Of a DNA stretch of 64,000 bases, positions 18,769-28,637 are shown in pieces. The DNA is taken from NCBI GenBank assembly GCA_965116875.1, contig OZ220733.1, positions 2,368,001 through 2,432,000 on the forward strand, written 5' to 3'. The notes beneath the pieces are model-generated. The model saw only the letters and a program-made list of their open reading frames with translations, had not been told where the DNA came from and made no database searches. Numbering within the stretch: the first letter of the stretch is position 1; every line of letters starts with the position of its first letter. This DNA is from Candidatus Latescibacterota bacterium (GTDB lineage Bacteria; Latescibacterota; UBA2968; GCA-2709665). The translations under genes were made by a program, and so were the position numbers.

Positions 18769-21700
18769 ATGAGATGCGCTTCAAGAACACGCGCCCTTGC
18801 GCTCGGCTTCGCGGGTCTGGTTTTCCTGCTGTTGTTCGTGCCCCCATGGTCGCCGTCCACGCAACCTGCCGGGTATTCTCTCACACTTGATCTGGACAAC
18901 GCCGCGGGCGACCAGGCTGTGTCGTCGCTCGACCTCCTTCCCGATCAGCCATTCTCCATCCAGATCTTCGGCAAGAACATTTCGGGCGCGACCGGCATTT
19001 CCATGCGCTTCCGATACGAACCATCCCAGGCGGTGTACGAGGGCTTCGACCCGGGCGACGCGCTGCCGAACGCGCATGCCGCCGTTCAGCCGGACTCCTC
19101 TTGGGTCCGTATCGACGTGTCGACGTCGAGCGGGTCGGCAACGGCGAACGCCGGTTGGGTCGGCACGTTACGATTCCGTACGACGGCTGCATTCACCGAT
19201 ACGGAGATCTGGCTTGTGGACGCCGGGCTTACCCGCGGCGTGCGGACCGAGACGATCTCGCCCGCCGTCGGCGTGGCGCTGCAGATTGCCGCGGCGCCTT
19301 CTCCGGACTTCGACGGCAACGGCGCGGTGGGTTTCTCCGACTTCGTGGCGTTCGCCGGCAGCTTCGGGTTACGGGAGGGGGATGAAGCGTTCGACGCCAC
19401 GTTCGACCTGAACGAGGACGGCGGCGTCGGATTCGACGATTTCGTTATCTTCGCCAGGCGTTTTGGCGAAACCGTGAATCGCCCGCCAACGTTCGGCGAG
19501 ACGGCGCCGCTTGCGCGCTCGGTGTTGGAAAACGCTCCGGCGGGTGAGCCGATCGGCGAACCGGTCACTGCCATGGACGCCGACGGGGATTCTCTCACGT
19601 ACCGCCTGCGCGGCGCGCACACGGACAGCTTTGCCATCGACGCGTCCACGGGCCAGTTGCTCACAAGGGAGGGGACCTCGTACGACCACGAGGCCAGGGA
19701 CACCTACTCCGTGACCGTACGTGCCAGTGACGGACAGGGGGGCCGCGCCACAATTGCGGTGGGCGTCGCCGTCGCGGACGTGGACGAACCCCCCTCCGCG
19801 CCGCCTGACAGCGTGCGGGCGGCCTCCCGAGACACCACGCTTGCTGTGTCGTGGCTTGCGGCGATGGACGAGGCGGGCAAGCCTCCCGTGAGCGGGTACG
19901 AGGTAGCGTCTAAGCAGGTGGAGTCCGAGGTGTGGCCGAAGGGGCTGCTGGTGGACGGCCGCACGGATACCAGCGCCACGTTAGGTGGACTGACCAACGA
20001 GCAGGCGTATCACGTGCGTGTGCGCACGTTGAACGACGAGGGCGAGAGCCCCTGGTCGGCGCCGGTTGCCGGTGCGCCCACGGCAGGTCCGCAGCCCAGG
20101 GGCGTGGTCCGCGACCTGAGGGTAGACGTAGACAGCGTCGCGCAGGTGAACCTGGCCGGCCTGTTCACACGGCCCGCCCTCGGGGCGCTGGCCTACGACG
20201 CGACGTCGTCCAACGAGGGGGTGGCCACGGTGACCGTGTCGGATACGCTGGCGACTGTGCGCGGCGTGGCGGCCGGGCGCGCGACCCTCACCGCCACGGC
20301 CGGGGACGCGCACGGCAACAGCGCACAGACGACCTTCGGCGTCATCGTAAGCTCTACATCGCCGCCACCGGGTCCCGGCAATGGGGATGGCGGCCCCGTC
20401 GGGCCCATCGGACCCATCGGGCCGCCGCCACCACCCCCACCGCCACCACCCCCACCGCCGAACAACCGGCCGCCGGCCTTCGACGACGGGTCGAGCACGG
20501 CGCGCACCGTGGCGGAAAACACACCCGCGCGCCGTCCCATCCAGCATCCGGTGCGGGCTACCGATCCGGACGGGCACCGGGTGACGTACAGACTATCGGG
20601 CCCGGACTCCGCCAGCTTCTCCGTGGATGCCGGCAGCGGGCAGTTGCGCACGTTGTCGGGCGTCACGTACGACTTCGAGGATAACGACAGGTATTCCGTT
20701 GACCTGGAAGGCAGCGACCCCTACGGCGAATCCGCCACCATCGGCGTGACCATCCACGTGGCCGACGTGAACGAGCCGCCGGAAATTCCCGCAGCGCCGC
20801 AGGTACAGCCGGCGTCGACGACCAGCCTGACGGTCACGTGGGACCCGCCTGACAACACGGGTCCGGATATCACCGACTACGACGTGCAATACCGGAAGAG
20901 CGGCAACTTCATGCCCCACTCGCACGACGGGCCGGGCACGAGTGCGACGATCATCGACCTCGACGTCAACACCCGCTACGAGGTGCAGGTGCGGTCGTCC
21001 AACGACGAAGGGACATCCTCATGGTCCCGGTCGGGCTTCGGCGCCACCAGTTCCAACCTCCCGCCGGTGTTCGACGATGGTAACAGCGCCACGCGTGAGG
21101 TCGCCGAGAATACCACAGGTGTGCAGGACCTCGGCGCCCCGCTGCGGGCGGAGGACCCGGAGAACACCGCGGTGACCTACCGCCTTTCCCGCGGCGACAC
21201 GGAGAGTTTTGACGTCGACACCAGCACCGGTCAGCTGCAGACCGCCGACGGCGTCGACTACGACTTCGAAACGAAGAATCGCTACTCGGTCACCGTGCAA
21301 GCGAAGGACGAACAGGACGGACGCGCGACCATTTCCGTAACGATTGACGTGACCGACGACGACAGCGAGACGCCGGAGACGCCCGACAAGCCCACGGTGA
21401 CGGCACAGACGTTGAACAGCCTTTCCATACGCTGGACGGCGCCTGCCAACACCGGTCCCGCCGTCAACGACTATGACGTGCAGTACAGACAAGGAAGCGC
21501 CGGCGCCTTCACAGACTGGCCTCACACCGGTCCGGGAACCACCACGACCATCGCCAGCTTGAACCCGAACACCGCGTACCAGGTGCAGGTGCTGGCGCGC
21601 TCGCCGGAGGGAGCAAGCGCGTGGTCCGCGTCCGCTGACGCCAGTACCGTGGCCAACCGCGCGCCCACGTTCAACGAGGGCGCGAGTACGACGCGGTCTT

Positions 21701-24700
21701 TGGCCGAGAATACCACGGGTACGAACGATATCGGCAATCCGCTAAGTGCCAGGGATACCGATGGCGGCACGCTCACCTACGCCCTCGAAGGCACGGACCA
21801 GGACGCCTTCGCCCTCGACGGCAATCAGTTGCAAACCCTGTCGGGGCAGACCTACGACTTCGAGGCGAAGCCCCGATATGACGTCATCGGGCGCGTCGAG
21901 GACGGCCAGGGCGGCAGCAACACCATTGCGGTCACCATCAACCTGACGGACCAGCAGGAAAAACCAGGCACGCCGGACGCGCCGGACGTTTCCGCGGCCT
22001 CCTCCACCAGCCTGGGCGTGACGTGGGGTGAGCCCGAAAACACCGGCCCCGATATCAACGACTACGACGTGCAGTACCGGCAAGGCGACAGCGGCGGCTT
22101 CCGTTCCTGGACGCACAACAGCGCCGGCCGCGCCGCCACGATCACGGCCCTGATCCCGGACTCCTCCTACCAGGTTCAGGTGCTGGCGCGGTCTCCCGAA
22201 GGCACGAGCGACTGGTCGGCGTCCGGCACCGGAAGCACCGACCCCAATCAGTTGCCAACATTCACCGACGGGTCCAGCGCCACCCGCACCCTCGCTGAAA
22301 ACACGACGGGCGTGAGGGACATCGGCGATCCGGTTGCCGCCACGGACGCCGAGAACACCAGGCTGACGTACGCGCTGGAAGGAACGCACGCGGACTCCTT
22401 CTCCATCGACACCCGCAGCGGGCAGCTCAAGACCCGATCGGGCAGGACGTACGACTTTGAGGCCCTGCCCCGATATGCGGTGAACGTGAAGGCCGCCGAC
22501 GGCCACGACGGCGTCAACAGCATCCCGGTTTCCATCGACCTGACCGATGTGAACGAGGCGCCCGTATTTACCGGGGAGGAGACGCTGGAGGCGGCGGAGA
22601 ACCAGTCCTTCGCAGGGACGGTATCCGCCGTCGACCCGGACCAGGCCGACGCCATCACGGACTACACGATCACGGGAGGCGGCGACCGCGCCAGGCTCGA
22701 GATCAGCAACGCAGGCGCGCTGACTTTCAGGGTGAACCCTGACTTCGAGAGTCCTTCGGACGCCGGAGGGAACCGGCAATACAACGTGGCCGTCACCGTC
22801 ACCGGCGGCACGGGCGGCCGGGCACTGACGGCCCAGCAGGCGATCGCCATCACCGTCACCGACGAGAACGAGCCGCCCTTCTTCACCAGCGCGGATACGT
22901 TCGAGGTCCGGGAGAACAACCGGGTCACTGGCCGCGTGACCGCCCGGGACGTCGATGCCGCCGATGCCGTCACCGGCTACGCGGTCACCGGCGGGACCGA
23001 CCGGGACGAGTTCGAAATCGTCAGTACCAACCAGTTGCGCTTCAAGGACGACGATGACCCGGACTTCGAGCGCCCGGACGATTCGGGGGGCGACAACGAG
23101 TACAGCGTACAGGTTACGGCCACCGGCGGCGTCTCCCCCCGGGACATGACGGAAACGAAGACGGTCACCGTCCTCGTGGAGGACGTAGACGAGCCACCGG
23201 GCAAGCCCGACACGCCCGTGGTGAGCGACACCACGGAAAGCAGTCTCACCGTAAGATGGGACGAGCCGGACAACACAGGTCCGGATATCACGAACTACTT
23301 CCTGCAGTACCGGCACAGCGGCTCATTCACCGCCTCGCCCGATAGCAGCACGACGCGTACCCGCACCCTCTCCAACCTCCGCGCGGGCAGGACCTACCAT
23401 TTCCAGGTGCGGGCCAAAAACGACGAAGGCAAGGGCGCCTGGTCCAACGCGGGCAGGGCAAGGACGCTTACCGCCCCGACGGTCACCAGCGTCGCTTTCA
23501 CCTCCACACCGCCATCGGGGCAGAACGGCGCCTACAGGAAGGATGACGTGATCGACGTCACCGTCACCTTCAGCGAGGCGGTGGCCGTCACCGGCACGCC
23601 CCAGATGGACCTGACCATCGGCTCCACCGTGCGTAAGGCCGGCTACCAGAGCGGCTCGACCACGACCAGGCTTCTGTTCCAATATACTGTGGCGGGCGAC
23701 GACGTGGACACCAATGGCGCAAGCATCAACGAAAACGGTCTCAAGCTCAACGGCGGCAGCATCCTGAGAGCCAACTCCGCAATCAATGCCGATCTTTCGC
23801 ACGGGGCCCGTGCCAATCAGTCCGGCCACAAAGTCGACGGCAAAGCGCCGTCTATCTCCGACGCGGGAGTAAACGGCAGCCGGTTGACGCTGACCTACGA
23901 TGAGACCCTCGACAGCGGTTCCAGGCCGGCGGCGGGCGATTTTGCAGTGACCGTGGATGACACGGCGAGGAACGTCTCAAGGGTTGCGGTGAGCGGCACT
24001 GCGGCGACGCTCTCCCTCGCCTCCGCCGTAACAGCGGGCGAGGCGGTAGCCCTGGCCTACACCCCGGGAACCAACCCGATCCGCGACCGGGCGCGCAACC
24101 CTGCCATTGCCCTCACGAAGCTGACCGTAACGAATCGAACCCAGGACACGGCTCTGAACATGTGCAACCGCACCCCCCAGGTGCGCAACGAGATCGTCAG
24201 GCAGGCCCCGGTGAGCGCCTGCGGCGCGGTGACCGCGGAACACCTGGCCGCGATCACCAGCCTCCCCCTGGATGACGAAAGCATCTCGGCCCTGAAAGCC
24301 GGCGACTTCTCCGGACTCAGGGGACTGGTAGAACTCGACCTGGAAGACAATAGTCTCAGCAGTCTGCCGACGGATATCTTCTCCGATCTTTCGGCGCTGG
24401 AGGTCCTCAACCTGGAAGGCAACAACCTGGCCCTCAGCGCGAACGCGTTCTCCGGGCTGACCGCGCTGAAATCCCTGGACCTGACCGACAACAGCCTCGG
24501 CAGCCTCGACGCCACCCTGTTTTCCGGGCTGACCGCCCTGACCTATCTCAAACTGAGCGGCGCAGGAATCACCAGCAGTCTGCCGGCGAACGTGTTCTCC
24601 TCGTTGTCGGCGCTGGAAACCCTCATCCTGGAATACGCCGTCCTCGGGAACGTCGACGCCGACACCTTCTCAGGGTTGTCGGCGCTCAAACGCCTCGACC

Positions 24701-27700
24701 TGTCCCATACCCGAATCAGCAGCCTGCCGGCGAGCGTGTTCTCCCCGCTGTCGGCGCTTGAATACCTCGAACTGACCCTCAGCCGAATCACCAGCCTGCC
24801 GGCGACCGTCTTCTCGGGGCTGACGAACCTGGAAGAACTCCACCTGGACAGCAACGAAATCGCCAGCCTCGACGCCGGCCAGTTCTCCGGACTGACGGCG
24901 CTGACCCATCTCGACATTTCCAGCCTGGATCTCACCTCCGTGCACGGCAACCTCTTCTCCGATCTGACGGGGCTCAAGTTCCTCAGTCTGCGCTATAACG
25001 ACCTCACCACACTGCCGGACACCGTCTTTTCCGGACTGACGGAGCTGAGAACGCTGAACATGACTCACAACGACTTCTCGATCCTGCCGGACAGCCTTTT
25101 TTCCGGACTGACGGAGCTGACCCAGCTCTGGCTCGCGTACGGCAAGGTCGACCCGCTGCCGATCGTTGTTTCGCTGGAATCGGAAGGGACGGACCAGTTC
25201 GTTGCCAAGGCCCACACCGCCGCCCCCTTCGAGCTGGTCCTGCCGCTGCGGCTGACCAACGGCGAGTTCGACAGCGGCGAATCGAGCATCGCCATCCCCC
25301 AGGGCAGCGTCGAGAGCGAGGCCCTCTCGGTCTCACGCACCGCCGGGACCCGCGCCGCGGTCACCGTCGATCTCGTCCCCCCCCTGCCGGGCATTCCAGG
25401 CAGCGACAACGGCTACAAGCTGGTGCTGTCCGACGACCTGCCGCTGGAGGTGATCGCCGCGGAAAAAGGGGTGGAGATCTACCCGACGGAGCTGACTATG
25501 CCCGAGGACGCCAGCGACACCTACACGGTGGTGCTGACCATGCAGCCGACCGCGGACGCGACGGTTACGGTGACCGTGCCGTCGAATGCCGACGTCACGG
25601 TGAACCCCTCGCCGCTGACCTTCACCGCCGACAACTGGGCTACGCCGCAGACCGTGACGGTGAGCTCCATCGCCGACGGCGACAGCGATGACGACGAAGT
25701 CACCCTCACCCACGCGGTGAGCGGCGGCGGTTATGGGAGCGTGAGCGTCGACGACGTGTCGGTGAATATCAAGGAGACCGCGGTCACCACCAACAATCCG
25801 CCGTCCATCTTCCACAGTTCCCATTCCGTGGACGAGAACTTCACCGGTCACGTTCGCATTGTGGGCACGGATACGGATGCGCAAGACTACATCACCGGGT
25901 ACGAGATCACCGGGGGCCGCGACCGGGCGCTGTTGGAAATCTCCACCCGGAGCGGCGTGGGTGAGTTGAGCTTCGTGGACGTACCGGACTACGAGCGTCC
26001 GGCCGGCAGCAGCAACCGGCATGAGGTCGTGGTCACCGTCACCAGCGGCATGGGCGCACGGAAGCGAACCGGACAACAGCAGATCACCGTCACGGTGACC
26101 GACGTGGACGAGCCGCCGGGAACACCGTCGGCGCCCGGGTTGAGTCGCCTGACCGTTCCTCCCGGCATCAGGGTGAACCAGGGCCGCACCCGTCCCGTGA
26201 ATACCGGGCCGGACATCAATGCCTGGAGAATTCGATATCGGGAAAAGGACAGCGGCGGCGACTTCATCAGCGCCACGCACAGATCCTCGACCCTGGACGC
26301 GCGGATCGAGAATCTGGCGAAAGGCGTTACCTACGAGGTGCAGGTGCGGGCGAAGAACGACGAGGGGGACAGCGAGTGGTCTCCCCTGGCGGAGATAGAG
26401 CTCCCCAACGAGCCGCCGCTCGCCGTCCGCTCCTTCGACGACCTCACGCTGGCGGTAGGAGGCCCCGTCGAGATCGCGTCCGTAAGTGGCGTGTTCGACA
26501 GCCAGGACGGGGACCGACTGACGTATTCGGCGGCGTCCGGCAATTCGGCTGCGGCTTCCGTTCGGATGATCGGCAGAGAGGTCCTTGTGGAGCCCGGGTC
26601 GGCCGGCAGCACGACAATAACCGTGACCGCGAGCGATCCTTATGGCGCATCCGACTCGGAGTCGTTCGACGTTTCCGTCCGGACACCGGCCCTTGCGGCG
26701 CCCACTCTGAACGTCAGCGGCAACGTCTTCACGCTGGCGTTCACGGATGACTTCGCCGCCGACGAGACACGGGCCTACGAAGTCAGAATCCGTCACAAGA
26801 CGAACCATGGTGCCTGGGCGACGGGGTGCCATACCGAATCCAATGATCAAGCTTCACCACAGTCTATTTCAGTAACGCTGCAGGACGCGGTCTCCGATTT
26901 CTTCGAACCTGGAACCACTTACGAGGCGGACTACGGGTACCTGGGGGACTCCTGCGACGGCAGCCGGATGGGTTCGCCGTCCGCGACCGCCGAGGCGACC
27001 ACGTCCGGGACTGCCTCCTTCGATATCGACGTTGTCTTCGTCGGCAGCATCTCGTCCGAACACCGGTCCCTGGTTGAAGCCGCTGCCGCGCGCTGGGAGG
27101 AGATCATCACCGCCGATCTTCCCAACCATCGTTTATCAACGGAAGTTCGCGATGACCTCAACCGGCGGTATTCGGGGACGACGGCGCCAGAGGTTGTGGA
27201 CGATCTCGTGGTCTACGTGAGAAGCGGTAACACGATCGGGATCGCAGCGGCGACGTCTTTGTGGCATCGGGACCCCTCGGCTCTGCCGTTCGCATCCCAG
27301 ATAACACTAGGAACCCGCTACGTGCTCAACGACCTCGTCGTTCTGCACGAGATGGGCCACGCTCTGGGATTCGGAACGAAACCCTGGTACGATCACGACC
27401 TGTTGAAGGACCCTTCCCGAGGTCCATTCGAAACGCTCATCAGTCCCTCCCCGGATACCTATTTCTCGGGCGCCAAGGCGATTGCCGCCTTCAACGCCGC
27501 AGGTGGGTCGAGCTATACCGGCGCCAAGGTACCGGTGGAGAACAAATCGGCGAACTATGGCAGCCGGGACAGCCACTGGCGGCAGTCCGTCATGCAAAGC
27601 GAACTGATGACGCCAGGAATCTCCGATCCCGCTCCGCTCAGCGCGATCACCATCCAGGCGATGGCCGACCTGGGCTACACCGTGGACGTCACCCAGGCGG

Positions 27701-27849
27701 ACGCCTACACGCTGCCGGCCGCGTCAAAAATCGCATCAGGATCCGAAGGGCAGATTCCGCTTAACTGTGTGATCGAGCATCCGAAGGCCGGATCCGATAG
27801 GCCCGAGGCGATCATTCTCAATCTTCAAAGGGTCGGAAACGACGACTGA
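18769..27849 (+). CDS. Giant (3026 aa) surface protein: cohesin-like, dockerin-like, cadherin and FN3 repeats, SwmB-like repeat, typical LRRs, C-terminal M8/leishmanolysin-like metalloprotease
   Basis: Signal/TM segment; PDFDGNGAVGFSDF dockerin; AxDxDG..YDFE..V.DVNE cadherin motifs; W..P..TGP.I.DYDVQY FN3 units; ~13 LxxLxLxxNxLxxLPxxxFSG repeats; HEMGH (27346-27360), SHW, ELMT. Confidence 0.85.
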   Translation: MRCASRTRALALGFAGLVFLLLFVPPWSPSTQPAGYSLTLDLDNAAGDQAVSSLDLLPDQPFSIQIFGKNISGATGISMRFRYEPSQAVYEGFDPGDALPNAHAAVQPDSSWVRIDVSTSSGSATANAGWVGTLRFRTTAAFTDTEIWLVDAGLTRGVRTETISPAVGVALQIAAAPSPDFDGNGAVGFSDFVAFAGSFGLREGDEAFDATFDLNEDGGVGFDDFVIFARRFGETVNRPPTFGETAPLARSVLENAPAGEPIGEPVTAMDADGDSLTYRLRGAHTDSFAIDASTGQLLTREGTSYDHEARDTYSVTVRASDGQGGRATIAVGVAVADVDEPPSAPPDSVRAASRDTTLAVSWLAAMDEAGKPPVSGYEVASKQVESEVWPKGLLVDGRTDTSATLGGLTNEQAYHVRVRTLNDEGESPWSAPVAGAPTAGPQPRGVVRDLRVDVDSVAQVNLAGLFTRPALGALAYDATSSNEGVATVTVSDTLATVRGVAAGRATLTATAGDAHGNSAQTTFGVIVSSTSPPPGPGNGDGGPVGPIGPIGPPPPPPPPPPPPPNNRPPAFDDGSSTARTVAENTPARRPIQHPVRATDPDGHRVTYRLSGPDSASFSVDAGSGQLRTLSGVTYDFEDNDRYSVDLEGSDPYGESATIGVTIHVADVNEPPEIPAAPQVQPASTTSLTVTWDPPDNTGPDITDYDVQYRKSGNFMPHSHDGPGTSATIIDLDVNTRYEVQVRSSNDEGTSSWSRSGFGATSSNLPPVFDDGNSATREVAENTTGVQDLGAPLRAEDPENTAVTYRLSRGDTESFDVDTSTGQLQTADGVDYDFETKNRYSVTVQAKDEQDGRATISVTIDVTDDDSETPETPDKPTVTAQTLNSLSIRWTAPANTGPAVNDYDVQYRQGSAGAFTDWPHTGPGTTTTIASLNPNTAYQVQVLARSPEGASAWSASADASTVANRAPTFNEGASTTRSLAENTTGTNDIGNPLSARDTDGGTLTYALEGTDQDAFALDGNQLQTLSGQTYDFEAKPRYDVIGRVEDGQGGSNTIAVTINLTDQQEKPGTPDAPDVSAASSTSLGVTWGEPENTGPDINDYDVQYRQGDSGGFRSWTHNSAGRAATITALIPDSSYQVQVLARSPEGTSDWSASGTGSTDPNQLPTFTDGSSATRTLAENTTGVRDIGDPVAATDAENTRLTYALEGTHADSFSIDTRSGQLKTRSGRTYDFEALPRYAVNVKAADGHDGVNSIPVSIDLTDVNEAPVFTGEETLEAAENQSFAGTVSAVDPDQADAITDYTITGGGDRARLEISNAGALTFRVNPDFESPSDAGGNRQYNVAVTVTGGTGGRALTAQQAIAITVTDENEPPFFTSADTFEVRENNRVTGRVTARDVDAADAVTGYAVTGGTDRDEFEIVSTNQLRFKDDDDPDFERPDDSGGDNEYSVQVTATGGVSPRDMTETKTVTVLVEDVDEPPGKPDTPVVSDTTESSLTVRWDEPDNTGPDITNYFLQYRHSGSFTASPDSSTTRTRTLSNLRAGRTYHFQVRAKNDEGKGAWSNAGRARTLTAPTVTSVAFTSTPPSGQNGAYRKDDVIDVTVTFSEAVAVTGTPQMDLTIGSTVRKAGYQSGSTTTRLLFQYTVAGDDVDTNGASINENGLKLNGGSILRANSAINADLSHGARANQSGHKVDGKAPSISDAGVNGSRLTLTYDETLDSGSRPAAGDFAVTVDDTARNVSRVAVSGTAATLSLASAVTAGEAVALAYTPGTNPIRDRARNPAIALTKLTVTNRTQDTALNMCNRTPQVRNEIVRQAPVSACGAVTAEHLAAITSLPLDDESISALKAGDFSGLRGLVELDLEDNSLSSLPTDIFSDLSALEVLNLEGNNLALSANAFSGLTALKSLDLTDNSLGSLDATLFSGLTALTYLKLSGAGITSSLPANVFSSLSALETLILEYAVLGNVDADTFSGLSALKRLDLSHTRISSLPASVFSPLSALEYLELTLSRITSLPATVFSGLTNLEELHLDSNEIASLDAGQFSGLTALTHLDISSLDLTSVHGNLFSDLTGLKFLSLRYNDLTTLPDTVFSGLTELRTLNMTHNDFSILPDSLFSGLTELTQLWLAYGKVDPLPIVVSLESEGTDQFVAKAHTAAPFELVLPLRLTNGEFDSGESSIAIPQGSVESEALSVSRTAGTRAAVTVDLVPPLPGIPGSDNGYKLVLSDDLPLEVIAAEKGVEIYPTELTMPEDASDTYTVVLTMQPTADATVTVTVPSNADVTVNPSPLTFTADNWATPQTVTVSSIADGDSDDDEVTLTHAVSGGGYGSVSVDDVSVNIKETAVTTNNPPSIFHSSHSVDENFTGHVRIVGTDTDAQDYITGYEITGGRDRALLEISTRSGVGELSFVDVPDYERPAGSSNRHEVVVTVTSGMGARKRTGQQQITVTVTDVDEPPGTPSAPGLSRLTVPPGIRVNQGRTRPVNTGPDINAWRIRYREKDSGGDFISATHRSSTLDARIENLAKGVTYEVQVRAKNDEGDSEWSPLAEIELPNEPPLAVRSFDDLTLAVGGPVEIASVSGVFDSQDGDRLTYSAASGNSAAASVRMIGREVLVEPGSAGSTTITVTASDPYGASDSESFDVSVRTPALAAPTLNVSGNVFTLAFTDDFAADETRAYEVRIRHKTNHGAWATGCHTESNDQASPQSISVTLQDAVSDFFEPGTTYEADYGYLGDSCDGSRMGSPSATAEATTSGTASFDIDVVFVGSISSEHRSLVEAAAARWEEIITADLPNHRLSTEVRDDLNRRYSGTTAPEVVDDLVVYVRSGNTIGIAAATSLWHRDPSALPFASQITLGTRYVLNDLVVLHEMGHALGFGTKPWYDHDLLKDPSRGPFETLISPSPDTYFSGAKAIAAFNAAGGSSYTGAKVPVENKSANYGSRDSHWRQSVMQSELMTPGISDPAPLSAITIQAMADLGYTVDVTQADAYTLPAASKIASGSEGQIPLNCVIEHPKAGSDRPEAIILNLQRVGNDD

Positions 27850-27900
27850 TAAGGGCCTGATATCGGTCACCGTGTTTCGAGCCTGACCAGCGAAACAAAG

Positions 27901-27946
27901 AAACCGTCGGTTCCCTGACCGGCCAGAGTCGAAAACCGACGGTTTT
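27901..27946 (+). terminator. Inverted repeat after the giant gene (likely terminator)
   Basis: AAACCGTCGGTT...AACCGACGGTTT. Confidence 0.45.
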
Positions 27947-28286
27947 CCAGGAAGGCGAACACCCGTTTTGCCCCGGCACAGTTGTGCCGTAAGACCGGAT
28001 GCGGCCCTCATTTCGAAATTTAGAGACCGCGTCCTGCAATGTCAATTACAGCAGTCGTTCGTCGGCGGAAACACTCGAGGCCCGGCTGCAGCACATCCTG
28101 AATTCCTGAGCGCGCCTCTCGCGCTTTTCCCCTTCCCGAAGATCGGCCTTGTTTCTTTCAATCAGGCCTACCCTTCCACCGCGGCATCCACTCCCGCTTC
28201 GCGCGCGTCGATTCGCAGCGAACACCTTCAATTCCGGTTGACAGGAATCGATTGAGCCGAATTGAATCGTCAAGAAGCGCGTTCGA

Positions 28287-28529
28287 TGTTGCAAATTGCA
28301 CATGTCGTTGCAATTTGCTGAAACTCGTGATCTGACGTGCGGATAAGCAGATAAATCATATAGAAACATCTATTTCCAACTCTTCGTTTGCTGTACTCCC
28401 CACTTCAAGCTGGGTTTTCTTCGTGCGATCTGCAATGATCCAGCCCCATACGATTTCAAGCGATTTAGCGCTAAGTTCTTTATAAACTTCGTTTTGTTCC
28501 GAATCTCAGATTGTGGCACGCTTTTTGTA
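28287..28529 (+). promoter_or_regulatory. Second copy of the sigma54 control region, upstream of the sensor kinase
   Basis: TGTTGCAAATTGCACA 28287-28302, degenerate second site 28306-28321, TGGCACGCTTTTTGTA 28514-28529 (GG-N10-GT); colinear with 18306-18609. Confidence 0.65.
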
Positions 28530-28637
28530 ATAGGACTCTTCGTCTGCCCGCCCTGTGCAAAAACCGGATGATTCCACCGCGTGCGGCAATGCGATACGTT
28601 TCCGCTCGCGATAGCCAAAATGGGAGCGAAGAGTACA

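Noticed and set aside
21742-26850. Long antisense ORFs (524 aa, 505 aa) opposite the giant gene
   Set aside because: Shadow ORFs expected from high-GC codon bias; no protein motifs
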